The notes under the pieces were generated by a model. It was not told the DNA's origin. It worked only from the letters and a program-made list of their open reading frames with translations, and did not search any database. Below, one piece after another: positions 30,030 through 40,063 of a stretch of DNA of 64,000 bases (position 1 is the first letter of the stretch; each line of letters starts with the position of its first letter). The DNA is from an uncultured bacterium (GTDB taxonomy: Bacteria; Auribacterota; Erginobacteria; Erginobacterales; Erginobacteraceae): positions 48,079 to 112,078 of the forward strand of contig CAWGIE010000017.1 in the NCBI GenBank assembly GCA_963822585.1, read 5' to 3'. Position numbers and translations under genes: made by a program.

Positions 30030-32867
30030 ATGCTCACCAGCCGTCCGGTTCTCCCGGGATGGGGATGGCGAGGAACTATGGTAACGAAATATACCCGGTA
30101 CCCCATGCCGCAGACCTGGTTCATTCTGTTTCTTTTCGTGTTATCTTTCATCCCCGGCACCGTAGCCGGCGCCATCCCCGAACTTTCTCCCCGCCACCGG
30201 TATCTCTGGCTGGAAACGGAGCTTTTTCCCGTTAAAGGCGGCTGGACGGTGGACTCCCAGTTCTTCTCCACGGTGGGTTCATCCTACCTCCTGGCGGCCG
30301 GGACCGGCGCGCCGGTGGAGGACGCCCGCGCCTCGTTCGATGTCGACCGGCCGGGAAAGTACACCGTCTGGGCGCGATCAAAAAACTGGCTTACGGAATT
30401 CACTCCGGGACGGTTTCAGGTTCTCATCGACGATGCGCCCCTCCCCCGCGAATGCGGCACCGCCCCGGTGCCGGAGTGGACCTGGGAAAAAGCCGGGGAG
30501 GTCGATCTGCCCGCGGGCAGTCACAGCCTGGCCTTGCGCGACCTGACCGGCGCCTACGGCCGGTGCGACGCGGTCCTGATCACCGACGACCCCGATTTCA
30601 TCCCTCCGGCCGATTCTTCCGGGACCGGAAGGCTCCGCCGCCATTTCCTGGCCGGCGATGCGCCGCCTCAAACGGTCCGTCAATACCCCGTGGTGGTCAT
30701 CGGGGGCGGGGTGGGGGGAGTCTGCGCCGCGGTGGCGGCGGCGCGGGCCGGATGCGAGGTGGCCCTGCTCCAGGATCGCCCCGTCCTGGGAGGAAGCGCC
30801 AGTTCGGAGATCGGTATTTCACCGGCGGGGGCTTACGCCCGGGGGGACCATCCTTACTACCTGGAAACCGGGATCATCCGGGAACTGAGCCGGGCGCGGG
30901 TCCCCTACCGAAGCTGGGACGACACCCTGCTCGATGTCGTCCGCGCCGAGAGGGGGATTACCCTCTACCTGAACACCCGGGCGACGAAGGCCGTGGTCGA
31001 ACCGGCCGGGCATATCCAGGCGGTGGAGGCGACCGATGTCGTCACCGGCCGGTCATACCGGTTTCCGGGCACGTTATTTCTCGACTGCACCGGCGACGGG
31101 GACGTCGCCGTCAGCGCCGGCGCCGAGTACCGGCAGGGACGGGAAAGCCGGGATGAGCTCGGCGAAAGCCTGGCGCCGCCGGTCCCCGACAGCCGGACCA
31201 TGGGCACCACCCTCATGTTCCGTTCAGCCGAAACCGACGAACCGGTTTCCTTCCAACGCCCGGACTGGGCCCATCTTTTCCCGACCGCGGCCGACCTCCC
31301 CCATCGCCTGATCGGGAAGGAGACCAGCGGATTCTGGTGGATTTCCTACGGCGGGGTCGAAGGCACGATCGCCCGGGGCGAAGAGATCCGGGATGAACTG
31401 CTGCGGCTAATTTACGGGGTCTGGGATTTCGTCAAGAACCGGGATCCAAAGACCCGGGAACTGTTCCGGCGCCGTTACCTGAGCCAGGTGGGTACCGTCG
31501 CCGCCAAAAGGGAGAGCCGGAGGCTGATGGGGGATTATATGCTGACCCAGAAAGATCTGGAAGAGCGTCCGCTCTTTCCCGACCGGGTGGCTTACGGAGG
31601 ATGGCCGATCGACCTCCATCCCCCCCGGGGACTCTTCGACCCCGGTCTTCCCAATTTTCAGCAGCCCGTGCAGCCCTACAGCATCCCTTTCCGGGCGCTC
31701 TACTCCCGCAACATCGACAATCTGATGTTTGCCGGGCGCCACATCAGCGCCAGCCATATCGCCCTCGGCTCCACCCGGGTCATCAGAACCATCGCCGCCT
31801 GCGCCCAGGCCATCGGGACGGCGGCCGCGCTCTGCCTGCAGTACGGTCTCACCCCCCGGGAGCTGGGAGAGCAAAAGATAACCGAACTCCAGCAAAGGCT
31901 TCTGAAAAACGACGCCCGGATCCCGGGGCTGCGCGACCTCGATCCCGGCGACCTCGCCCGGAGCGCCCGGGTCCGGGCCTCGTCCTTCGCCGAAACGCTT
32001 CCCTGCACCGAAAAGACGGTGCTCCCCTCCGGCCGGGAGCACCCGATGAATTTTTACCGGGCGATGATGTTCCCCGCGCCGGGGAAAAAGATCGAGAGCG
32101 TCTCCCTGCTGGTCCGTTCCGAGAACAAAAAAGACACCCGGCTGGAACTGGGCCTGAGAAAAGCCCCCGCCTTCGGGGAGTTCGAGATCAGCCGGAGCCT
32201 CTTCAGCCTCTCCCGCAAGCCCGACATCGCCGAAGCCTCCGCCATCGTCCCCCCCGGAGGGCCCCGCTGGGTCACCTTCCGGCTCGATGCCGACGTCGAT
32301 CCGGACGGATATTACTGGGTATACCTGAAATCGGCCCCGGGGGTTTTCTGGCAGCTGACGAATCACGGACTCCCCTGGAGCTGCCGGGGATACCGGACCG
32401 GCGACTGGAAGTATGCCGGCGTCCGGGAGGGGGTCTACTGCATGACAGTCGACCCTCCCCTCTCCTACCGGGGGACCACCCCGGAGAACGTGATCAACGG
32501 TCTTGCCTGGCCCGAAGAGATGAGCTTCAACATGTGGGTATCGGACCCGGCGGAGCCGTTCCCCCAATGGATCGAGCTGGAGTTCGACGAGCCGGTGGAG
32601 TTCAACACGGTCCTTTTGACCTTTGACACCGGGTTCGATCTCCCCAACTCCTTCCAACCCCGGTCCCCCCTCTGCGTTCAGAGTTACCACATCCAAGTGC
32701 CCGACGGTGACGGCTGGAAGACGCCGGTCTCGGTCCCCGACAACCGGCAGCGGTTCCGGGCCCATACCTTCGAGACGGTGAAAGCCGACCGCCTCCGTAT
32801 CCTGATCACCGGGACCAACGGCGACAAAAGCGCCCGGATCTACGAAATACGGGTTTACAACAACTGA
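30030..32867 (+). CDS. Secreted FAD-dependent oxidoreductase with carbohydrate-binding-like flanking domains
   Basis: VVIGGGVGG, LQDRPVLGGSASSE, DCTGDG, KRESRRL, GWPIDLH, YSIPFRALYS, STRV, and an F5/8-like C-terminus. Start uncertain (30030, 30078 or 30105). Confidence 0.88.
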   Translation: MLTSRPVLPGWGWRGTMVTKYTRYPMPQTWFILFLFVLSFIPGTVAGAIPELSPRHRYLWLETELFPVKGGWTVDSQFFSTVGSSYLLAAGTGAPVEDARASFDVDRPGKYTVWARSKNWLTEFTPGRFQVLIDDAPLPRECGTAPVPEWTWEKAGEVDLPAGSHSLALRDLTGAYGRCDAVLITDDPDFIPPADSSGTGRLRRHFLAGDAPPQTVRQYPVVVIGGGVGGVCAAVAAARAGCEVALLQDRPVLGGSASSEIGISPAGAYARGDHPYYLETGIIRELSRARVPYRSWDDTLLDVVRAERGITLYLNTRATKAVVEPAGHIQAVEATDVVTGRSYRFPGTLFLDCTGDGDVAVSAGAEYRQGRESRDELGESLAPPVPDSRTMGTTLMFRSAETDEPVSFQRPDWAHLFPTAADLPHRLIGKETSGFWWISYGGVEGTIARGEEIRDELLRLIYGVWDFVKNRDPKTRELFRRRYLSQVGTVAAKRESRRLMGDYMLTQKDLEERPLFPDRVAYGGWPIDLHPPRGLFDPGLPNFQQPVQPYSIPFRALYSRNIDNLMFAGRHISASHIALGSTRVIRTIAACAQAIGTAAALCLQYGLTPRELGEQKITELQQRLLKNDARIPGLRDLDPGDLARSARVRASSFAETLPCTEKTVLPSGREHPMNFYRAMMFPAPGKKIESVSLLVRSENKKDTRLELGLRKAPAFGEFEISRSLFSLSRKPDIAEASAIVPPGGPRWVTFRLDADVDPDGYYWVYLKSAPGVFWQLTNHGLPWSCRGYRTGDWKYAGVREGVYCMTVDPPLSYRGTTPENVINGLAWPEEMSFNMWVSDPAEPFPQWIELEFDEPVEFNTVLLTFDTGFDLPNSFQPRSPLCVQSYHIQVPDGDGWKTPVSVPDNRQRFRAHTFETVKADRLRILITGTNGDKSARIYEIRVYNN

Positions 32868-34285
32868 AAGCGATCTCCGGATTCCGGCTTAAGGAAGCCG
32901 GCGATCAGGAGGATAAGGGCGATAACCACCAGGGCGCTGACCCGGGTGGTATAGCGAGGCGAGAGACCTGCCGTCGCAGACACCAGCAGTGCATTGAAGA
33001 GATAGTAGAGAATAAAGAAAAGGGGGAGGATTGTCTCCGGGGCTCGTGCGGATTTACCACCTATTCCCCCCAGGGAAGCGAGGAGCACTATCACCGCCAG
33101 GGCGCCGGCCCCGATAAATACCCACCGGAAGAAATCATCAGCCCCTTGCTCTTCCATCAGTTCCGTGAGGCGGCCGCGCTGCTGCCGGGAGCGCAGGTAT
33201 TCTTCTTTCAGTCCCGGGAACCGCTCCCCCAGCACCGTGAGGACTTTGGCTTTTTCATCGACCGGACGACAGACGTAACCGGGCTGGATCAACGTCAGCT
33301 GTCGGGTGAAGTCACGGGCGACCTTCCTGACCACCGCCGGGAAGTTATTCCGCAGGGTGTCGTTGATCACCGGCTGCAGATATCTTTTATCGCCGATCCA
33401 TCCCCGGAGTCGGCTGTCCGTGTTGAGGGGGGAATCCGCGCTCCAGAGAAACCAGCTCGGCCCTCTCCCCTTCCCGGACAGGAGCAGATCCAGATGATCG
33501 TTCAGGGGGTTTTCAGGATCGGTGCGGGGCAGCTCTTCCAGGGCGGCCCGAAGAACGCCCCCCCCGTCGCCCGCCAGGTAATTCCCGAAGACAAAGACAT
33601 GCGAGGCCTTCGAATACCGAAAGCCGTATCCCAGGAACATGTTCACGATCGGGGGCAGGAGAAGAAAAAAGAGCGGCAGTGCAATCATCGTCACCCCTTT
33701 CCTTCTCAGGAAAACACCGCGAGCCGGGGAGAGAAGGAACCGGGCCACCCCAATCATTGCCATCATGAAGATGACCAGCAAAATGTTGGCATAGCTGGCC
33801 AGAACGGCGAGAGAGAGGACGAGCAGGGAGGCCAGCCGGGATGGAAAACGCGCTTTTGCGCTGAAAAAGATCAGCGCGGCCAGGGGGATCCAGAAGGAAG
33901 TCACGTCCGGGTAGAGCAGGGAGACCTCAAACGGCAGCGGGGTGAGCAGGACAGATCCTCCCAGAACAACCGCGATCATTACCGGCCGGTAGCCGAGATA
34001 CAGACTCAGAAAAGCGATCAGGAGCCAGGCGGTGACGGCCGCCTGGCTCGCGGCGACCGCTGTCAGCGAACCGGAGAGACGGCCGATTTCGAGCAGGAGG
34101 GAGTAGCCGATCGGGCGATCGGTCGGCACCAGGAAAGTGAAGGATGACTCGAGATAGGTGCCGGTATCATAATTGAGGATCGGGAACCCGTTGAAATAGA
34201 CCGGGTAAAGCAGCGCTGACGTAAAAAGAACAAAACAGGAAATATAAAAAATTTTCTTGGAAGAGGTGGCGGCAGGCACAATCAT
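32855..34285 (-). CDS. Polytopic membrane protein, possible GT-C glycosyltransferase
   Basis: NGFPILNYDTGTY, DRPIGYS, about 10 TMs and a PRY motif near the C-terminus. Confidence 0.65.
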   Translation of the reverse strand: MIVPAATSSKKIFYISCFVLFTSALLYPVYFNGFPILNYDTGTYLESSFTFLVPTDRPIGYSLLLEIGRLSGSLTAVAASQAAVTAWLLIAFLSLYLGYRPVMIAVVLGGSVLLTPLPFEVSLLYPDVTSFWIPLAALIFFSAKARFPSRLASLLVLSLAVLASYANILLVIFMMAMIGVARFLLSPARGVFLRRKGVTMIALPLFFLLLPPIVNMFLGYGFRYSKASHVFVFGNYLAGDGGGVLRAALEELPRTDPENPLNDHLDLLLSGKGRGPSWFLWSADSPLNTDSRLRGWIGDKRYLQPVINDTLRNNFPAVVRKVARDFTRQLTLIQPGYVCRPVDEKAKVLTVLGERFPGLKEEYLRSRQQRGRLTELMEEQGADDFFRWVFIGAGALAVIVLLASLGGIGGKSARAPETILPLFFILYYLFNALLVSATAGLSPRYTTRVSALVVIALILLIAGFLKPESGDRFQLL

Positions 34286-34380
34286 CGTTTATCGTTCTTC
34301 TCTCTTTAGTATCTTCCTTCGTGTTCTTCGTGTCCTTCGTGGTAAATATCAGTTGCCGAATTACGCATACAGCCGGGGAA

Positions 34381-35004
34381 CTATTGTTCTAAATCCGAAT
34401 CTGCGGTGGTTACATCCCGGACCGGCCGTATATAAAGGTAGTTGTTCTTGTTGAGGTGATTGACGTAGCCGAGATTGAAGTACACATACCAGGCCTGGGA
34501 GGTCTGGAAGGAAAACGAGGTGGAGGTCCAGTAAAAATCGGCCCGGGTCGCGGGAAAATACTTCTCGTCCACGCAGGGGTCCATCCGGCTGAGATCCAGG
34601 ATGCTGACCAGTTCCTTGAGATTGGGCAACCGCCAGTCGGAATAGCCGGCCGTCTCCAGCCGATCGCAGTAGATCAGGGCGTGGTTCCAGTAATAGCTTC
34701 TCCAGGGACCGTCTTTTTGGTAGGGAACGGCAGGGGTAACCTCGCTTTCGGCATATCCCGATTTCACCCACATCAGCCCGGTGTTGAGATCGGTGACGGT
34801 TCCGTCGCCGTTGTCCCGGAACCTCATTTTTCTCCCCGAGCGGTAATAGCCGTCGTCAAACTCGGCCCAGCTCTCCAGTTGGCCGGTCGCGGGGAGAAGA
34901 GCCGCCCGGGCGGGGCGGCACCGTCCCCCCGGGAACTTCAGGAAAAGGAAGACCAGGAGAGCCGCCGGGATCGCTACCAATCCTATTATTATTTCCTTCC
35001 GCAT
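34381..35004 (-). CDS. DUF1566 (Lcl C-terminal) domain protein
   Basis: RFRDNGDGTVTDLNTGLMW, GYSDWRLPNLKEL, YWTST, IRPVR. Confidence 0.9.
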   Translation of the reverse strand: MRKEIIIGLVAIPAALLVFLFLKFPGGRCRPARAALLPATGQLESWAEFDDGYYRSGRKMRFRDNGDGTVTDLNTGLMWVKSGYAESEVTPAVPYQKDGPWRSYYWNHALIYCDRLETAGYSDWRLPNLKELVSILDLSRMDPCVDEKYFPATRADFYWTSTSFSFQTSQAWYVYFNLGYVNHLNKNNYLYIRPVRDVTTADSDLEQ

Positions 35005-35197
35005 GACCGGAAACCTCACTTATCGGAGCGGACTACGCCGGCCCGCTGCCGGCGATCAGAAACTCGAATTATTGTATCCGGCCGGATGAAAATACGAAAT
35101 GATTAATTTGACGCCGGCCGGATCGAGTGCCTCTCCGAACCCGGGGAGGATTATTTATTTACGGGGACAATCGGGTTGTGCTACCCTCCCGGCCATT

Positions 35198-36481
35198 ATG
35201 CTATCCGTGATCGTCGCCGTCAAAGAAGAAGGCAAAAACATAGAAATCCTCCTGCGGGGGATCCGGGAAACCCTGGAAGAGGCGGAGATCCCTTCCCAGA
35301 TCATCGTCGTCGACGGATCTTCTCAAGACGACACCGTCGAGCGGGCCGAAAGCGGCGCCGATCTCGTCTTCGTCCAGAAAAACCCCGGCTATGGCAACGC
35401 CTTCCAGGAGGGGCTGAGAGCGGCTCGGGGAGACTACGTCCTGACCATGGACGGCGACCTTTCCCACCCCCCCCGTTTCATTGCCGAACTTTACCGGCAG
35501 CGGAAGGACGCGGAACTGATCATCGCTTCCCGGTGGATCGAGGGTGGGGCGGCCGAGATGCCGTGGTGGAGGATGGCCTTGAGCAGGATCCTCAACATCG
35601 TCTTCTCCCGGGTACTCTTCCTCCCCATCCGCGACGTTTCCAGCGGCTTCCGCCTTTACCGGGCCGATATCCTCTCGGACCTGGACCTGCAAGCCCGGGA
35701 TTTCAGTATCCTGGAAGAGATCGCGATCAAGATCTGGAACCGGGGATACCGGATCAAGGAAGTGCCCTTCACCTATCGTCCCCGGCGCGCGGGACACTCC
35801 AAGGCCAAACTCTTCAACCTGGGAAAATCCTACCTGAAAACCGCTTTCGCGATGTGGAAATTGAGAAATTCCTGCGAGACCGCCGATTACGACGACCGTG
35901 CCCACAACAGCATTATCCCGGTCCAGCGGTACTGGCAGAGAAAACGGTACCGGATCGTGGCTGATTTTATCGCCGGGACTGACAGGCTCCTGGATATCGG
36001 ATGCGGCAGCAGCAACATCATCAAGTCGCTGCCCCGGGCGGTCGGGCTCGACATATCGAAGATCAAGCTCCGCTACCTGAGGCAATTCCATCCCCTCCTC
36101 ATGAACGCCTCCATCTTCTCCCTTCCCTTCGGAGACCGGGCCTTCCGGGGGATCATCTGTTCGGAAGTGATCGAGCACGTCCCTTTCCGAAGGGAGATAT
36201 TCCGGGAGCTGAACCGGGTCCTCGACGACGGCGGGGTCCTGGTGCTGGGGACGCCGGACTACAGCCGGCGGTCCTGGAGAATGATAGAATTCGCTTACGG
36301 CCTCCTGATGCCCAACGCCTATAAAGATGAGCACATAACCCATTACACCCACACCCGGCTGAACGATCTCCTCCGGGAATACGGCTTTGTCCCGGAGGAG
36401 CATGCTTACATCGCCGGGTCGGAACTGATCATCAAGGCCCGGAAGGCCGGTGGGTCCCTTGTCGGCGATGAAGATAACTGA
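35198..36481 (+). CDS. DPM1-like GT2 fused to a class I SAM methyltransferase
   Basis: VDGSSQDDT, MDGDLSHPP, DVSSGFRLY, EVPFTY, then LLDIGCG, CSEVIEH, GTPDY. Confidence 0.9.
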   Translation: MLSVIVAVKEEGKNIEILLRGIRETLEEAEIPSQIIVVDGSSQDDTVERAESGADLVFVQKNPGYGNAFQEGLRAARGDYVLTMDGDLSHPPRFIAELYRQRKDAELIIASRWIEGGAAEMPWWRMALSRILNIVFSRVLFLPIRDVSSGFRLYRADILSDLDLQARDFSILEEIAIKIWNRGYRIKEVPFTYRPRRAGHSKAKLFNLGKSYLKTAFAMWKLRNSCETADYDDRAHNSIIPVQRYWQRKRYRIVADFIAGTDRLLDIGCGSSNIIKSLPRAVGLDISKIKLRYLRQFHPLLMNASIFSLPFGDRAFRGIICSEVIEHVPFRREIFRELNRVLDDGGVLVLGTPDYSRRSWRMIEFAYGLLMPNAYKDEHITHYTHTRLNDLLREYGFVPEEHAYIAGSELIIKARKAGGSLVGDEDN

Positions 36482-38441
36482 GCGATCGGTTTCTCACCTG
36501 GTTTTGATCTTCCTGATCATGGCCGCCGCCTTTTTAAGGTTTCACGATCTGGGCGGAAAGAGCCTCTGGTACGACGAGCTCTATGAACTGATGGTGGCCG
36601 GGAAAAGTATTTCCTACATTCTCAAGACCACCCACCCGCTTCATTCCCCTCTCAACCAGATCATCACCGGCTGTTTCCTGGCCCTGGGTGAGAGCGAGTT
36701 CGTCCTCCGGCTGCCCTCGGCGATCTGGGGAATCTGCGCCGTCTGGGTCATTTATCGGGCGGGGCGACTCTTCTTCGGAAGAAGGGAAGGCCTGATCGGC
36801 GCCTTGCTCCTGACCGTCTCCTCCTATCACCTCCGCTATTCTCAGGAAGCGAGAATGTACTCTTTCTTTGTTCTGACCTCGCTCCTCTCTCTCTATTTCT
36901 TCTGGAAGGCCCGGGGGGATGACCGTAGAGGAAGCTGGATCGGCTATACCGTCTCCACCGCGCTGGCCCTCTATACGCACCTTTTCGCCGTCTTCCTGAT
37001 CGTGCCCCAGGCCGTCCTGGCATTCACGGAACGCCGGGGCGCCGGGAACCGGAGACCGTTTTGGAAGTCGCCTTTTTTCATCTCGCTTCTAGTCATCGGG
37101 CTTCTCTTTCTCCCCCGGGTCGTCACTGTTTTCAGCCATCCCGACGCCCTGAAGATGTACGTTCGGATGGACGTGGGCCAGGCGGGAGGTGGGGAGCGGG
37201 CCCCGGTCCCCATCACGCCGCTGGGGACCATCTTCAGCCTTTACGGCGCGGGCGGCGGCCCGGCGCTGGCCTGGTACCTGTTCTTTCTGGGGGCCGGATT
37301 GATCGCGGCTTTCCGGTCTCAACGCCGGGTTTCCATCTTCCTCCTGCTTCTCCTCCTGACCCCCGCCGCCGTTTTCACGGTCTTCAAGCCCGGCCATATT
37401 TTCAGCCCCCGCTATCTCATCTTCCTGCTCCCGGTTTATTATCTGCTCATCGCCCGGGGAGTTACCGGACTGGCCGGGCTGTTGGGGAGAGGAAGAGCCC
37501 GGGTTCGGGACAAACAGCGGGCGGGTGGGGAGCGAAGCCTCGTCGGTCTTTTCTGCGCGGGTTTCGTGCTCCTCAACATCAATCCCCTGATCAGCTATTA
37601 TGCCAACCGGGATCCGGAGGGGAACCTGATCAAGACCGACTGGAAAGCGCTGACGGCCTATCTGGAGCGTAACGCCCGTCCGGGAGACGCCCTGATACCC
37701 GCCGGAGAGGAGGCTTACTATACCCGGCTGGCACTCAATTACTACCTCTCCAACACCCTGAAGAAGACGGTCTATGCCGTCGCTCCGGAAAGTGTTAAGA
37801 ACGCCGCGATCTGGTGGATCGGCGCCGGGGAGTTTCCGGCGCCCGCGGCCGCGCGGGGCGAAGTCCAAAAAATACCGGAGTCGATCGACGGCCTGACTGT
37901 CTGGCGGCGGGAAGAAGCGATATCCTTCGCCCCGGTGGAGATCGTCAACCGGGACCTCGGCATCGACCGGGCGCCGGCTGACGGCGTTCCGGACGGCTGG
38001 AACGCCATCGATTACGCCGGAAAGAGGGAGAATGATTTCACGCTTTCGATCGAGGAGACCGGCGCCGGACCGGGGACGGCCGTTTTTCGCCTCGAAGACC
38101 GGACAGCGGATCCCGCCTTCGTTCTCCGAAGCGCCCCCATCACGGTCAAGGGCGGGAGGCGGTTCTGGACAGCGACCCTGATCCGGGGTACGGAGATGTA
38201 CCTGGAATGGTTCTCTCCCTATCTGGGTGTCCGGTTTCTGGATGGAAACCGGCAGCCGGTCCCGGCCCCCGAGCAGGGCGTCCGGATCCTGCTCGACCGG
38301 ACGGACGGATGGGGGTTATGCGTGATCAATGGTCTTACCCCGCCCGGCGCCCGCTTCCTGGAACTGGAACTGGTCGAGAACAAGGGCTACCGGGGCAAAG
38401 TGAGCGCGTTCCGGCAGGTTCGATTTTACGGGGATTGGTAG
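36468..38441 (+). CDS. GT-C (ArnT/PMT_2-like) glycosyltransferase with soluble C-terminal domain
   Basis: SLWYDE, HSPL, SEFVLRLPS, YSQEARMYS, YTH, PRY. Confidence 0.9.
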   Translation: MKITERSVSHLVLIFLIMAAAFLRFHDLGGKSLWYDELYELMVAGKSISYILKTTHPLHSPLNQIITGCFLALGESEFVLRLPSAIWGICAVWVIYRAGRLFFGRREGLIGALLLTVSSYHLRYSQEARMYSFFVLTSLLSLYFFWKARGDDRRGSWIGYTVSTALALYTHLFAVFLIVPQAVLAFTERRGAGNRRPFWKSPFFISLLVIGLLFLPRVVTVFSHPDALKMYVRMDVGQAGGGERAPVPITPLGTIFSLYGAGGGPALAWYLFFLGAGLIAAFRSQRRVSIFLLLLLLTPAAVFTVFKPGHIFSPRYLIFLLPVYYLLIARGVTGLAGLLGRGRARVRDKQRAGGERSLVGLFCAGFVLLNINPLISYYANRDPEGNLIKTDWKALTAYLERNARPGDALIPAGEEAYYTRLALNYYLSNTLKKTVYAVAPESVKNAAIWWIGAGEFPAPAAARGEVQKIPESIDGLTVWRREEAISFAPVEIVNRDLGIDRAPADGVPDGWNAIDYAGKRENDFTLSIEETGAGPGTAVFRLEDRTADPAFVLRSAPITVKGGRRFWTATLIRGTEMYLEWFSPYLGVRFLDGNRQPVPAPEQGVRILLDRTDGWGLCVINGLTPPGARFLELELVENKGYRGKVSAFRQVRFYGDW

Positions 38442-38680
38442 TCTCCGGAAGGAGCCTTAACTAAAATTTAGCACCTGATTACTCTGATTACCCTAATAAA
38501 GAATTGAGCACCTGATTTTTACCCCAAGGTGTCGAAACCCCTGTCGGAGAGCCTGAGCGTAAGTCGAAGGGAGCGAAGTCGAAGGATCAGGTGTTCATGA
38601 AAGGGGGCGAGGTGGGGTATCTAAGGCACTCCATCAGGTGTAAAAAAAGTTACGAAGCTGAGTTCCGGGTAAATAAAGAG

Positions 38681-40063
38681 ATGAAGAGGGAAAATGTATA
38701 TATCGCAGGGAACGTATCCTTCCGGGAGAAAACGGTTTTTTTTCTCCTGCCCCTTCTTGTCTGGATGACGTACTGGCTGGCTTATTATCCGGCCTTGATG
38801 TCCCCGGACTCGATCTGGCAATGGAAGCAGATGCTCTCCCTGGAACTGAACAACGTCCATCCCGCCCTCCACACCCTTTCGATCTGGCTGATCACCCGTC
38901 TCTGGCTTCACCCGGCGGCAATCGCTCTTTTCCAGATCGCGGCCTTCACATTGGTCTGCGGATGGGGACTGCTCGTTCTGCGCCGGGTCGGTGTTCCCCG
39001 CTGGGCGGTCTGGAGCGCCCTGATCCTCCTTTCCCTCCACCCGGCGGACGGGTTCATGATCATCACCCTCTGGAAGGATACCCTTTACTCGCTTTTCATC
39101 CTTCTCCTCACCCTCCTCTGCCTGATCATGCTCAGAGAGCCCGGACGGATCGGGAAGGGATCCTGGATCGCCCTGGGGCTGCTCCTGGCGGGGCTTCCCC
39201 TCTTCCGCCATAACGGCATCCTGGTGACCGTTCTCCTTGTCCCCTGCCTGCTTCTGGCCTTCCGGACCCAGCGGCCGCAGATCGGGAAAGCCTGCCTGAC
39301 GGCACTCCTGGTCCTGCTTCCGGTCCGGGGTATCCTCTTTCCCCTCCTAGGGGTAGCCCCCAACATCCGGGGTTGGCAACCGCTCATTCACCAGACCGCC
39401 GCCCTCCTCCACGCCGGGGTCCGGTTAACTCCGGAGGAAGAAGATCTTTTAAACTCCTTCCGATCCACCGCGGACCAATGGGCCTATAGCCCTTACACCG
39501 TCGAGACCACGCTCTACCGGGGGGAACGGTTCGACTTTGAAACATTGACCCGGCGGCAGGGAGAATTTCTCCGGTTCTGGTGGAGGAACGTCCTCGCTCA
39601 TCCCGGGACGCTGCTCCGGCATCAGAAGCAGGTTACCTCTTTTTTATGGAATATCGTTCCGCCGCCGGACCGGCACCTGCGGACGGTCATCGGGGAGATC
39701 AGCGAGAACGACCTGGGACTGGCGACGGACTCTCTCTTCCCGGCATTCCGGCGTCTGCTTGACCGCGTGGTCATCGTCACCACTCACCGGCAGCTCCCCT
39801 TCATCCTGATCTGGCGCCCCGCCATTTATCTCTACGCGGTGATCATCGGCCTGGTCGTGCTGGCCCTCCGCATGAGATCTCCCCGCTTCCTGGTCCTGGG
39901 CGCGCCCGTGCTGGGAAATACCCTCAGCCTCATGGTCTCCGTCAGTTCGGCCGAACTGCGCTACCAGTATCCCCTGCTCCTGGCCGTACCGTTTTTGCTG
40001 GCCGCCGTCTTCATGGAAGGCAACACACCGGAAAACGGCGGGGAGGAGGAGCGGACCCGATGA
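38681..40063 (+). CDS. Polytopic membrane protein (DUF6020-like, probable GT-C)
   Basis: YYPALMSPDSIWQW, NNVHP, LWKD, FRHNG, ELRY. Start uncertain. Confidence 0.75.
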   Translation: MKRENVYIAGNVSFREKTVFFLLPLLVWMTYWLAYYPALMSPDSIWQWKQMLSLELNNVHPALHTLSIWLITRLWLHPAAIALFQIAAFTLVCGWGLLVLRRVGVPRWAVWSALILLSLHPADGFMIITLWKDTLYSLFILLLTLLCLIMLREPGRIGKGSWIALGLLLAGLPLFRHNGILVTVLLVPCLLLAFRTQRPQIGKACLTALLVLLPVRGILFPLLGVAPNIRGWQPLIHQTAALLHAGVRLTPEEEDLLNSFRSTADQWAYSPYTVETTLYRGERFDFETLTRRQGEFLRFWWRNVLAHPGTLLRHQKQVTSFLWNIVPPPDRHLRTVIGEISENDLGLATDSLFPAFRRLLDRVVIVTTHRQLPFILIWRPAIYLYAVIIGLVVLALRMRSPRFLVLGAPVLGNTLSLMVSVSSAELRYQYPLLLAVPFLLAAVFMEGNTPENGGEEERTR

